Shown here: positions 13,400 through 25,822 of the stretch, in pieces | How the letters are laid out: each line of letters opens with the position of its first letter | How positions within the stretch are numbered: the first letter of the stretch is position 1 | Assembly: GCA_965112735.1 (NCBI GenBank) | Contig: OZ218952.1 | Span: forward strand, 1,984,001 to 2,048,000 | Length of the DNA: 64,000 bases | Origin: Phaeosaccion multiseriatum | Taxonomy: Eukaryota; Protista; Ochrophyta, other classes | Reading direction: 5' to 3' | Position numbers and translations under genes: made by a program | The notes under the pieces: model-generated | Databases searched by the model: none | The model's input: the letters and a program-made list of their open reading frames with translations, nothing else | What the model was told of the DNA's origin: nothing

Positions 13400-14560
13400 T
13401 AATGTGTGTGTGTGTGCGGTGTCTGGGGCCCGCTTCGTTCGGGCCCTTTAGTCCCTCTCCCGGCCTAGGGGGAGTGCTGGTCCGAGAGCCACATCTGGTG
13501 GCTGCAGCTGACGAGGTCGGCCCCTGACATGCTTCTGAGGCGACCCTGCTTCCTGCTTCTGGCCGGCGCCAGAGGGCCTGCTTCCTGCTTCTAGCCGGCC
13601 TGCTTCCTGCTTCTAAAACTGTCTCAACTGTCTCAGAGCCTGTAATCAGATAATCTTGTCCAGGGTCGACTCCCTCCCTCCCTCCCTCCCTCCCTCCCTC
13701 CCTCCCTCCCTCCCTCCCTCCCTCCCTCCCTCCCTCCCTCCCTCCCTCCCTCCCTCCCTCCCTCCCTCCCTCCCTCCCTCCCTCCCTCCCTCCCTCCCTC
13801 CCTCCCTCCCTCCCTCCCTCCCTCCCTCCCTCCCTCCCTCCCTCCCTCCCTCCCTCCCTCCCTCCCTCCCTCCCTCCCTCCCTCCCTCCCTCCCTCCCTC
13901 CCTCCCTCCCTCCCTCCCTCCCTCCCTCCCTCCCTCCCTCCCTCCCTCCCTCCCTCCCTCCCTCCCTCCCTCCCTCCCTCCCTCCCTCCCTCCCTCCCTC
14001 CCTCCCTCCCTCCCTCCCTCCCTCCCTCCCTCCCTCCCTCCCTCCCTCCCTCCCTCCCTCCCTCCCTCCCTCCCTCCCTCCCTCCCTCCCTCCCTCCCTC
14101 CCTCCCTCCCTCCCTCCCTCCCTCCCTCCCTCCCTCCCTCCCTCCCTCCCTCCCTCCCTCCCTCCCTCCCTCCCTCCCTCCCTCCCTCCCTCCCTCCCTC
14201 CCTCCCTCCCTCCCTTGCTTCCTGCTTCTGGCCGGAGCCAGCCGGCTGCTTCCTGCTTCTGGGCTGGCCTCTCTCAGAAGCATGTCAGGGGCCGAACGAG
14301 GCGTCGCAGCCTGGATAGCTAGGACGTGGCTCTTGGTGGTGGAGGAGCCGGTGAGTCCTGTGCGGGAGACGACGTGTTCAGCGAGGGCATGTAGGAGGGA
14401 TTGTGCCAGTGCGCCGAGGCGTCCATGGGTCTCGATGGCGAAGGTGGGTGAAGTGAACCAAGTCTCGCTCGTAGCTAGAGACGTGTTGCTTAGATGAGCG
14501 CGGAGAGACGTCTTGCTTCGGGATTCCCCGACACGTGCTGCGCCAGGCGCAGGAGGCCAT
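13400..14560 (-). mobile_element. 3' relic of an RLE-type (CRE/R2-like) non-LTR retrotransposon, interrupted by MITE-A
   Basis: Minus-strand SYERDLVHFT/FAIETHGRLGALAQSLLHALAEH (~14375-14480, one frameshift) matches the F.P...ET.G..G..A...L pattern of restriction-like endonuclease domains. LSRLRRLVSCSHQ reads across the MITE once it and one TSD copy are removed. Confidence 0.6.
13517..14295. mobile_element. MITE-A: 23-bp TIRs, 6-bp TSD ACGAGG
   Basis: TCGGCCCCTGACATGCTTCTGAG and its exact reverse complement. ACGAGG at 13511-13516 and 14296-14301. Subterminal TGCTTCCTGCTTCT repeats. Contains a MITE-B end (13644-13669) and perfect (CTCC)n at 13670-14214. Confidence 0.92.
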
Positions 14561-14748
14561 CAAGAGAGCAGATACGGCACCACACCCCCTACAAAACCTT
14601 GGGTGGTTTGAGTTTCAGCTCGGGCTTCCGGCCATGAAACGGAAACTTTTGGCGGGCTCTCAACCTGCCCTCCTAGCTCCCCCGCGCTTTACAGTAACTC
14701 ATCAAGACGCTTTGCAAAAGAGTAGAATCATCATGTCTGCCTCATGTA

Positions 14749-17279
14749 ATGCGGGGGGGGGGCGTTGTAGACCTTTGCAACAGCGACGAGGAAGAAGCTG
14801 CTCTACGTGCAGCAGAGCAGCAGGAGCAGCAGCAGGAGTGTGTGGCAACAGCGGTCGTCAAAGAGGACATGTTCAGGGCCCATGAGGGACTTTTCCCCCC
14901 TTCTCCTGTTGCTGCTGTTGGTGGTGGTCCTGCGGCTGGGCAAAGGAGGGTTGGTGGAGAAGCAGCGACCCCTTCTCGGACTCCGCTTACCATTCGGGTA
15001 CGGGTGCCAGCGCCACCCGCCGTGGTAACAACAGCAATTTCTACTGCTACTGTCCCGACCACCGCTTCCTGCAATACGGGCCGCTTCTCACTTGAGCACC
15101 ATCTGTCTCTACCCCACGCGACGCATATCGTCAAGCAGCCTCCCGCGATGCCTCTGCTGGAGGCCGTCAAGGTAAGAGTGCAAAGATATCCTCTCTTTCT
15201 TTGCCTCTTTCCTCTCTAGTAGCCCACGCCCGGAGGCTCGCTACAACGCTTGCGCTTCTTTCTCCTTCCCGTAGTCAGTTCCTGTATGCTGCTCACTACC
15301 CTCGCCTCCCTCCGTCCCTCCCACCTGCACACACTCTCTCTCTCTCTCTCTCTCTCTGTGCTGTATAGCCCGGGACGGTCATCCTCTTCTACCCGACCGA
15401 GCCCATGACCAACCGGACCACCTCCAACTGCTACTCGACGTGGGCCAGCGGTAGCGAGCACATGCCTTGGTGGCGAGGCGCAGTCGTCATCAAAGCGTCT
15501 GACTCACCCCCTCACAGGTCCAAGAGATGTGCTTCGCATGCTTCGCAGGAGCCCTCCCTCCACATCAGCATGGTCTGGTGTGCGTTGGGTGATGACGGGG
15601 TAATGCGGCTGGGGGCGTCGTCGCTCCATGACCCTGTGTTAGAGGGCAGCCTCTGCTGGAGCGGGTACGGAAAGTACTGGACCTTACTACAGGGCACGGG
15701 AGATGCACATGTAGCTGGAGCAGCACCCCCTACCATCCTCAATCCTGTTGTGGGAGGAGGAGGAGGAGGAGGAGGCGACAGATGTGTGGATGGGAGTCTC
15801 GAAGGGAGGGTAATCAAGGTGGGGCGACGGGATTTCCTTGTGGATGCCGTGGCTGGGGCGATTGCCAATGTGGATGGCAGGTGGGTGACTGTTCGGCAGC
15901 TCCCCTCCAATCCGGCCACCAAGGAGGAAGACATGTTCCTTTTTTCTGCGCAGAGAGGGGAGACTTGGAGCATTCGTCCTGCACCGCCTTGTTCCCCTCC
16001 GGCCTCCTTCATCGTGGCCCCTGACACCAGTGCTGGTCTTCCGTCGGCCTCCAAGGTGCGGCCTTCGAGCTCGTCGGGAGGAGGAGGAGGGGAGGGGGGG
16101 GGGGTAGTGGTAGCATCACCATTACAAGCAGTAGTAGCAGCAGCAGGAGCAGGAGGCGGAGGCGGAGAAGGAGGAGCAAGAGCAGGGGGTGGCGAGGCAG
16201 TGGACGAGGGAGGCAGACCTTCCGCGAAGAGAAAGCTTGACCTCCGGAAAGAGGGCGAGGTGAAGAGGAGGAAGGAGGAGGGTAGACGTGGAGATGAAAG
16301 AAGGATCACCAGCGGCTCAACTGCTGCCAGCGCTTCCCCGCAAGCGGATGACACGTTGAGAGAGGGGAGCTCTTCAGCCGAACGCAAGCGGGCACGAAAG
16401 TCAAAGAGCAAGGACAAGAAGGACAAGAAGAAGGAGAAGGAGAGGAGGAAGAGAAGGAGGAGGAAGGAGATACAGAAGAAAGAGGATGAGGAGGCAAAGC
16501 AGGAGGAGGAGGAGGAGGAGGAGGAGGAGGAGGAGGTTGAGGAGGAGGAGGAGGAGGAGGAGGAGGAGGAGGAGGGCAACGCAGGACCGGCGAGACTGTC
16601 GGGCTCTTCGAGTAAGGCATCTTCTCGTCCTGGAACCGGGAGTCTTGCTGGCGTAGCAGCATCAGTAGCAGTTGGTGATCGGGCGGCAGCACCGAGAGCA
16701 GCGCCTGGACAGCAGGGAGCAAGGAGGGGGTCGGGGGCCAAAGGGTCACCCCCATCACCATTACGAGCACCAGCACTTGGTGATACATCAGAAGCAGCGG
16801 CACCAAAGGCAGCAACTGGGGCCAAAACCGATGCAGTTGCAAACTCTCGCAACGGAGGGTCTGGATGGCCGCCATCATCCTCCTCCTTCTCCCGTTGGAC
16901 GTCTGGGAGGGACTCCTCTTGCTCGGGCGGAGGAGCGTCGATGGCGCCCGCGGTGCCGGAGGATAGCTCCCCTGGCGCCGCCCCCGCTGAGCCCATTCCT
17001 GCGGCTGCGGCTGCTGCTCCTAGTACCACTCCTCTTCCTGCTACTACTGCTGCTGCTGCTGCTGCTGCTGGTGGTGGTGGTGGTGATGGTAGGGGTGGCG
17101 TTGCTCCGCTCGACAACGAAGCTCTGCAGAGGGCGTTTCGGTGGAACGATGCCCTTCAAACGAGGAGAATCACGCTGCGGCAGAGAGTCAAGGACGTTGC
17201 CCGCACCGGTGACGAGGCTCTCGTTCGCTCGCTGCGGAGCGAAATGCAGGCGTGCCTAGACAAGCTCATTCAGCTGTGA
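14749..17279 (+). CDS. Unknown protein with PWWP/Tudor-like N-terminal domain and K/E-rich tracts (paralogue 1)
   Basis: Exons 14749-15171 and 15369-17279 join in phase. PGTVILFY...PWWRGAVVIKA...LCWSGYGK...VIKVGR...WVTVRQL is conserved with the gene at 36433-38985. The 3' end may splice further. Confidence 0.7.
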
Positions 17280-17895
17280 GATACTCTGTGCTGGGCGTGG
17301 GCGTGAGTGCGTGTGCGCGACCAGTGTCTTGCTTGTCTTCCGGGGTTTGCCTGCCTGCCACACGTGCTCATCAACACAGAGAGAAACTCTCATCGTATCG
17401 TAGGAGCCAACAAGGCGGATGGACAAGTCAGAAAGGAGAGCGTTTGCAGTCTGAACCAACGCCCTGAGGTTGGGCTACGTAAAACTGAAACTGACACTGA
17501 AACCCGCCCCCGGAGAGAGGCCGTTGCTCCCCCTTCACCCCCTGTGGTCGATGTGGAGTCTCATGTGGATGCTCCCCCTACGTCCCCATCGTGCCTCCGC
17601 TCGCTCCCCTTCGCCCGGTGGAGGCTTGCACCACTCCCTCCTCTGCTCACTGCACATTCCTCCCCCCCCGTTCCACATTTCTACCCTAGACATCGGACCT
17701 CAATGTCGACAGCCGCCTGCGCCATAACGAGCAGCTCCTCGCTCGATCAGTGTTTCTTTTTAGCAGCGAAGAAGCAAGGTGTGGATGAGCAGCAGAGACA
17801 CGAAACTTGAACTCAAACTGGATCTTTAGGGTGGCCGCCGGAACGCCCGATTGTGGAGAAATACAATCAGCACACAGAGAGAGAGAGAGAGCACC

Positions 17896-20800
17896 ATGAG
17901 TAAGAAGCGGAAGTTGAGCGGGTGGGACGCCTTGCCGTGGACGCCTTTGGATGTATCCATGCATCGGGACGATGGGAAGTGGGAAGGTAGGGCACAGGGA
18001 GGATCGAGGGCCAGCAAGTTCCCGCCCCGCGGCCTGCTGCTGAGCTCCTCCGGCGTCCCGGCACCCCATAGAACCTTGTGTGAAGCTCAATCTGGTGTTT
18101 TTTTAGCCACGCGCTGGCTCCTTTCATTTTGCTGCTTGGGTTGCCGCCCTTCAATCCTTTCGCTGGAGCCTCCCCTCGCCTCCCCACCTCAATGCCCCCT
18201 CATTCATTCCGACTTCCCATGCCTGCCTTTGGGTGTCTACTTTGTCTCTCTCTTGGCGACGCAGGAGTGGGTGGGGAGGAGGAGGAGAGCTTCATGTGCA
18301 CGATGGATGTGGTGGACGGAAACGCCTTCTTGGTGGAGAAGGATAAGGCCGGAGGCATGACCATCAAGGTGGGTAGTGAGTAGAGGAAGGGGGGCAAGAG
18401 GGCTTGGTTGGCTTGATTGGAAACTCCTCGCTTGGTATGGGGCTGCGCTTTTCATGTTTCTCTCGCTGTCTTGTGTGTGTCTCTCTCTCCTTTGCACAGC
18501 GAACAGCACCGGCTCAGCTGAGCCACCAAGCGGAGGCTGCCCCTCAGACGAAGGGAAAGAGGGCCAGACAGGGGGTGGAGAAGGGCGGCGAGAAAGCCCC
18601 AGAGAAGCGAGAAGGGGGGGGGGCAGGGGCAGGGGCAGGGGCAGGGGCGAAGGCAGCGGAGGCTGAGGGCAGTGCAGCGGTAGGAGCAGGACTTGCCGCT
18701 GAAGGAGGGACGCACTTGAACTTGAACACACAGGAAGGCACGGAAGGCACCAAGAAGAAGAAAAGGAAGAAAAAGAGTAAGAAGCAGCGCGAAAAGCAGC
18801 AACAAGAGCAAGCAGCTTCCAAACAAGGCACTGAGGGCCCAAGCGGAGGTAGTGGCGCGACCGCTCCGAAGAAGAGCAAGAGGCGCAAGAGAGCGGCAGA
18901 CGCGATGGAAGGGGGGGCGAAAGGAGGACAGGAGCAAGGAGGGAAAAGCAATGAGGGCAAGAAGCAATGGCCAGACAGCAGCAGCTCTACCACGACAGCA
19001 GCTCAATGGGAGCTACCAGAGGCCGCGACCGCAGCCATGATGAACTGGACCTACCTAGGACTGGCGCTGCACCCCGCCCTACAGTTCCACTTGCACAGAC
19101 AGGGCTTCTTCACGCCAACACCCATCCAGCAGCAGACGCTGCCCAAGGCCATCGTGTCAAGGAAGGACATTGTGGCCGCTGCGCAGACTGGGTCAGGCAA
19201 GACGCTGGCCTACGGACTGCCCATTCTGCACGACGTGCTGAGTCGGAGGGACAAGAGAGAGCAGCCGCAAGACATTGCTGCTAGTCCTGCTAGTGCTGCG
19301 ACAGGAGGAGGAGGAGGAGGAGGAGGAGGAGGAGGAGGAGGAAGCAAAGACGGCAGCAGGGGTGGGGGGTTGCAGGCGCTAATCCTTTGCCCCACGCGCG
19401 AGCTTGCCCTGCAGGTGACCAAGCACCTCACGGCCGTGGTCATGGGCACAAAGATCAGGGTCGTCTCCGTCGTGGGGGGGCTCGCAGAGGTTGGTGGGTG
19501 GATAGGGTGTGAGGGGTTTTGAGTTTGGGGGTTGTGTGGTTGGTTGTGTGATTGGTTGTGTGATTGGTTGTGTGATTGGTTGTGTGATTGGTTGTGTGAT
19601 TGGTTGTGTGGTTGGTTGTGTGGTTGGTTGTGTGGTTGGTTGTGTGATTGGTTGTGTGGTTGGTTGTGTGGTTGGTTGTGTGGTTGGTTGTGTGGTTGGT
19701 TGTGTGAGTGGTTGTGTGATTGGTTGTGTGATTGGTTGTGTGGTTGGTTGTGTGGTTGGTTGTGTGATTTCCAATCCGCCCTCCCCTCCCCTCCCCTCCC
19801 TCCCTCCCTCCAGGTAAAGCAGCAGAGACAGCTCAAGGCCCGGCCGGAGGTGGTGGTGGGCACGCCGGGGCGGCTCTGGGAGATGATGGAGGAGCATCCA
19901 CACCTTAGGTGGGTGCGGGGTGTCAGGACAGAGGGGCGGGTACTACGTCAATGAGCGGGTGGGGGTCAGGACAGAGGGTGGTATTTCGTCAATGAGTGGG
20001 TGGGTGTCAGGACAGAGGGTGACTGGGTGGGTGGGGGGGTGGGGGGTGTCGGGATGGAGGGGGGGTATTATGTCAGTGAGTGGGTGGGTATCAGGACAGA
20101 GGGAGGATGGGTGGGTGGGTGGGTGTCAGGACAGAGGGAGGGTGGGAGAGTGGGTGGGTGTCAGGACAGAGGGAGGATGGGTGTGGTATCCATCGATGGT
20201 AGTCAATATTTGGGTTTGATCTGTCGTGCGTGCCAGGGCAGGAAGGTGTCAGTCCATCACCTTGTATTGTCGCATGCCCCACCAGGCATGCCCCACTACG
20301 TCCACCTCCAGTCTACCCACACTCCGCTGCTGCGTTTGCTCGATGGATTGATGGATCGATCCCAAGATCGATTGACTGCGACGAATCAAACACCCAATCG
20401 ACCAACTGCTCCCCCTCTTGTCGGTCTGTGACATCTGTGACGAAGAACTAACATCTGTACTTGTCCCTTTTTGTCCCAAAAACCTTGTTCTTTGTGGACC
20501 CGTGTAGGGACTTGTCCGAGCTTCGTTTCCTTGTGGTGGACGAAGCGGATAGGATGGTGGAGAAAGGCCATTATGCAGAGTTGGACAAGCTCTTTAGCAT
20601 GCTGGAGAAGGAGGTGGAGGAGGCGGAGGCGGGGGGAGGAGGGGGTGGGGGCGCGCCAGGGGGACGGGAAGGGAAGACGGGGGGGCGGGGTGGGGGGAGG
20701 AAGCACAGGAATGAGGCATGGATGGACGAGTGGATTTACACAGACGACGGACAGGGGGGCATGAAGTTTCAAGGAGAGATGATGGGAGCGGGGGGCGAGG

Positions 20801-21633
20801 AGGGGGAGGGAGAGGAGGAGGAGGAGGAGGAGGAGGAGGAGGGGGAGGGCAGAGATGGAGGCGGGGAAGGTGGGGATGAAGGTAGGGATGGAGGCGGCAG
20901 GAGGAAGAAGAAGGGCGGGAATCGGGGCAAGAAGGGCAAAGAGAAGAGCGCTGCAAAAGCCCAGGCCAAGGAGGGCGGGGCGGGGGGGCAGCAGCAGCAG
21001 CAGCAGCAGCATCAGCAGCAACAGCAGCAGAAGAGACAGACCTTTGTCTTCTCCGCCACACTCACCATGGAGGACTCGGGGCGGCAGCAGCAGGTGAGGA
21101 GTGAGGAGTGAGGGTGTGCCCTATTACATCCACTGCCATTCACCGCCATTCACTGCCATCCCATCCCGTTCTGCCCAGCACCTCCTCATCCTCCTCTACT
21201 CTTACTCAATGTCTCTGCGTGTCCACTACCTTGGTGTAGAAGAAGAAGCAGCAGCAGCGCATGGACAAGAAACGCTCCAAGCGAGGAGGAGAAGGCGAGG
21301 AGGCAGGGGCGGACAGCCTAGCCCTGCAGAGGGTCATCAACCGAGTGGGTATCCGCAACGATCGATGCGCCATCGTCGACCTCACAGGGCAGCAGCAGCA
21401 GCAGTTGGTGGTACAGCAGGCGGCGAGCGAGGGGGAAGGAGAAGAAGGAGGAGGAGCAGCAGCAGTTGGTGATACAGCAGCAGGTGCGCAGTACCAATGA
21501 TTGCAGTCCTGTACTCGGTACACGCATGTTATCTTTCTTATGCTGTCGTTCCTTGTCGGCCGGTAACCTTTGACTCTGTGTCTCTTTCTTCTTCCCTTTC
21601 CATGTCCTCCTCCTCCTCCTCCTCCTCCTCCTC

Positions 21634-21686
<53 letters not shown>

Positions 21687-24663
21687 GGGGCTGATCGTTC
21701 GTTTGACAACAGGAAGCGCTTCAATGCAGCTGCCCTCAGCCCTCCGGCTCACGCACATCAAGGTCAGTAAGTCACTGAGGGCCACACTGTTAGTATGTCA
21801 CTGAGGGCCACACTGTTAGAATGTCACTGAAGATGTGCCACACTCTTTCTCCAACCCATTCATTTCTGCTTCGCGGGCCGCCACTGTTTCCTCGTCCTCC
21901 TCCTCGTCCTCCTCCTCGTCCTCGTCCTCCTCCTCGTCCTCCTCCTCCTCGTCCTCCTCCTCCTCCTCCTCCTCCTCCTCCTCCTCCTCCTCCTCCTCCT
22001 CCTCCTCCTCCTCCTCCTCCTCCTCCTCCTCCTCCTCCTCCTCCTCCTCCTCCTCCTCCTCCTCCTCCTCCTCCTCCTCCTCCTCCTCCTCCTCCCCCTC
22101 CTCCTCCTCCTCCTCCTCCTCCTCCTCCTCCTCCTCCTCCTCCTCCTCCTCCTCCTCCTCCTCCTCCTCCTCCTCCTCCTCCTCCTCCTCCTCCTCCTCC
22201 TGCTTCTCCTCCTCCTGCTCCTGCTCCAGCGCAAGGCAGTCTCTACCCACTCCTCTTTCCCACCCACTCACCAACCCCTTTGTCTCTGCCTACACCCATA
22301 TACCCGCAGGTGCTGCAACCCGATAAGGACGTTTACACGTACCTCTTCTGCAGCGAGTACCCAGGTAAGTGGGTGGGTTGGTGATACAGGAGTGGGTGGG
22401 TAAGTGGGAGGTAGGTGGGCGGATGCGTGGGCGCTTTATTTCGCCCCTCGCTGTGGCTCTCCTTTCGCTCCCCTTCACTCTTTCCGCCTCCAACCTTCCT
22501 ACCTCCCTCCTCCACTGTTGAGGTGCACTCCATCCATCCATCCATCCATCCATCCATCTATCTATCCATCCATCCATCTATCCATCCATCCATCCCCACA
22601 CTCAAACAACGCCATGTTCAGTGCTGATGTGGCTGCTGCTGCTGCTCTCCTGCCCCCCTCCTCTCCCGTCCTCCCCTCGTCCCTTCCTTCGCCTCCCAAC
22701 ACAGGCCGCACCATCATCTTCTGTAACGCCATTTCCTGTGCCCGCCGTGTAACGTCCCTTCTGACGACGCTGCGCCTGCCTGTGACGGCTCTGCACGGCC
22801 AAATGCAGCAGAGGCAGCGACTCAAATCCCTCGATAGATTCAAGGCAGACGCAAAGGTAGGGTAGAGCGACGAGACAGTGGGCAGTTATCCCCTCCCGCG
22901 CGTTCCCCTCTTCTTCACCGAGAGAGGGAAAAGCTTGAGCGCCTCCATTTTCCCCTTTTGGTATTCCAGCCTGATGAACGAGCCTCTCCTCCCCTGCGCA
23001 CACACACGCACGCACACACACCGCACACACGCACGCACACACACACACACACACACCCACGCCCCCCCCCTCTCTCAGGCCATCTTGGTGGCCACCGACG
23101 TCGCTGCGCGAGGGCTCGACATTCCGCAGGTTCGTGTGTGCGTGCGTGCGTGCCCTGCATACAGGGCGGGGAGGAAGGACGGGCAAGGATACGAGTGGAC
23201 ACGCTCCATTCCATTCCACACACGCGGAGAGAGACGTTCCGTGGCTCCCATCCATCTCCTCACCGTACTCGCCCTCTCTCTCCTCTTGCTCCCCACTCCA
23301 CACTCCTCCTCCTCGTCTACCGCCACCTCCTCCTCCTCCTCCTCCTACTACTACTACTACTACTATTACTCCCTGTCCACTGCCATCCCCCCCCCCCCCC
23401 CACACACACACACAGGTTGAGCATGTTGTTCATTATGACATGCCGCGATCTGTGGACGTGTTCATTCACAGAAGCGGCAGGACGGCCCGAGCCAATCACA
23501 GAGGCCTGGCGCTTGCTGTGGTGTCGCCTACCGACGAGAAGTGAGTGAGGGAAGGAGAGGGGGGGGAGGAGGAGGAGGAAGGGAGAGAGGAGAGAATGTG
23601 GCGAGAGAGAGTGTGTGGAAAGGAAGGGAGGGAGAGAGGGAAGGGACGGAGGGAGAGACGGAGAGGGAGGGAAAGATGGAGAGGAAGGGAGAGCTGGAGA
23701 GGGAGGGAGAGATGGAGAGGAAGGGAGGGAGGAAGGGATGGAAAGTGAGGGAGAGGCAGTAGTGTTGTACAGCAGTGGAGAGGGGAGGCAGAGCGCACAC
23801 ACGCACACACTCACTCACACTCGTGTGGAGGCCCCACATGGTCCTGCTGGTGGGTGCGGCACCAACACGTACACGCCTTTGCACGTGTGCCCCACTGACG
23901 TCTTCTCCCCCACCTCCCCCTACTCTTCCTTCCTCCCTCCCTCCCTCCCTCCCTCCCTCCGTTCCTCCCTCCCGCCCTCCCTCTCTTTCAACCCTCCTTT
24001 CCCTTCCTCCCTCCCTCCCTCCCTCCCTCCCTCTCTCACACCTACTGCCCTAACACAGACACTTCGTCCAGGTGTGCAAGACTTTGGGCCGTGCCACCCT
24101 CGACGCCTTCCCTGTGGAGCCCAAGCTCGTGCCGAGGAGCCGCGAGCGCGTGCAGCTTGGGCTCAAGGTGATTCGAGGCTCCGACGCGACGCAGCGCAGC
24201 CACCACAAGGGGAACTTCCTCAAGGCTTCGGCGAGGGACGCGGAGCTGGAGCTCGACGATAACTTGATGCTGGAGCAGGTGCGTTGGTTTGGTTTTGGCT
24301 TGGGCTTGGGTTGAGTTGGTTTGACTGCTTGTCGGTCTTGCAGTTGTTGGGAGTTGCTTGGGCGTTTGAATGAATGAGTGATTGTGGCAACGATGCTGAA
24401 CGATGCTGATGCTGATGCTGATGACGATGCTCTGCTGCCGCTGCTCTCCTTACGTGAACTTTGCGTGCGTGTGCATGCAGGAGGTGGACGTTGAGAAGGA
24501 CAAGAAGCATGTCAAGGCCGCTCTGCTGGCTCGGGCTCGCCTCACTCAGCTGCTCGACAGGCCCCTGCACACGGACAGGAGGAAGCTCGTGCCCGTCGCT
24601 GATGCGCTGAGACACATGCAAGAGGCCAAAGTACGCAGTGCGTGGGACAACAAAGCCAAGTAG
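17896..24663 (+). CDS. DDX24: DEAD-box RNA helicase DDX24/MAK5 (multi-exon)
   Basis: [48 protein letters not shown] in successive exons; MAK5-type KDVYTYLF...[12 protein letters not shown] and [17 protein letters not shown]. Confidence 0.93.
19525..19767. repeat. 12-bp minisatellite (GGTTGTGTGRTT)n in a DDX24 intron
   Basis: About 20 tandem units seen directly. Confidence 0.95.
21890..22220. repeat. (TCC)n trinucleotide array in a DDX24 intron
   Basis: Seen directly; explains the poly-E/P/S/R ORFs. Confidence 0.95.
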
Positions 24664-25822
24664 ATTGGGGAAGGACGGGGGGGGCAGAGCACAAGGGGAC
24701 GAAGAGAGAAAGGAGGAGGAGGAGGAGGACGAGGAGGAGGAGAGAGGGTGTGGTCCCAACAGCAGTGCAGCAGCAGATACAGCGGTGGCAACAACCTGCC
24801 GAGTCATCAGTCGGGAGTGGAGGGGAGAGGGACTGAGTGGGACTAAGGGAGTGGAGGGGGAGAGGGAGGGAGGGAGTGGGGGCGGGGGCGAACGCTGCCC
24901 CCGTACGGCTCTCTCTGTCCTTGCCCTCACGCCGTGACGGGTGCAACACTCAACTCACTGGCAGGGGAGGGTTTGATGAGGAGGAGACTGACGGCATGCA
25001 CGTACGGCCAGAAGGCCACCAGGAGGGGGCTGAAGAGAGGGAGGGGCATGCAATGTGGTTGGCGTTGGGTTGGGTTGGGATGAGTTGGAGAATGCTTTTT
25101 TGTTTCCTTCCGTGGGGGAGGTAGGGGGGGCAACTCGAGCGACATCTCAAGGGGACAAGCGCAAACGATACAATATACTGAACATTGCTCATTAATTCTC
25201 GCTATTGGGTTAGGTGCGCGCCTTAGCGTAAGGGAGTATGTTGTGTGTGTGTCTGATGCTCTCCTTCGCCACGTGCCTCAATCGACAGCCCTTCAGGAGA
25301 CCGACAGAGAACTGACCTTCCGTGGGGGTCGAAAAGCAGCTGATACATCACCTTACACACTCTTCACACTTCTGCCCGCCAAGCCCGCTTGCGTTGCTAC
25401 ATGATACTCTTCTGTCCGCGAGTAAGGATTGCGGCCCTTCCCCCCGGAGCTATGGTGTACTGTGGTGTAGCCTCTAAACGCCCTGCGGCTCCCGACGTGG
25501 GCGTGCCGTGAGGGCTGGAATCAGTGGCTGATGGGCCCACCGAAGGAAGCGGACCCCGCATCGCCCCTTCCTTGTGCTTTTGGTAACGTCTCTGCTTCTT
25601 GTTCTTCTTCTTTTTTGTGTGTCGGTGAGCTTTGCGTTGGTGTTGTTGCGCGCATCAGGTCCAGGGCAGTTTGCGATGCGAAGGACTCCCCTTGGGGGGG
25701 AGGAGGTGCTGCATTTCTCGAACCCTTTTTTTAGGGATCAGTTTCAGATTTTCGGTTGTTTTTCTGTTTTTCTGGGTGACCTTTTGAGAACTTATTTCGC
25801 TTCTCACAAGGTCAAATCGCAC

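Noticed and set aside
15512-17116. Long antisense ORFs here and at 36210-37481, and the 52577-54097 ORF
   Set aside because: Shadows of GC-rich low-complexity coding sequence, or read-through of intronic satellite.
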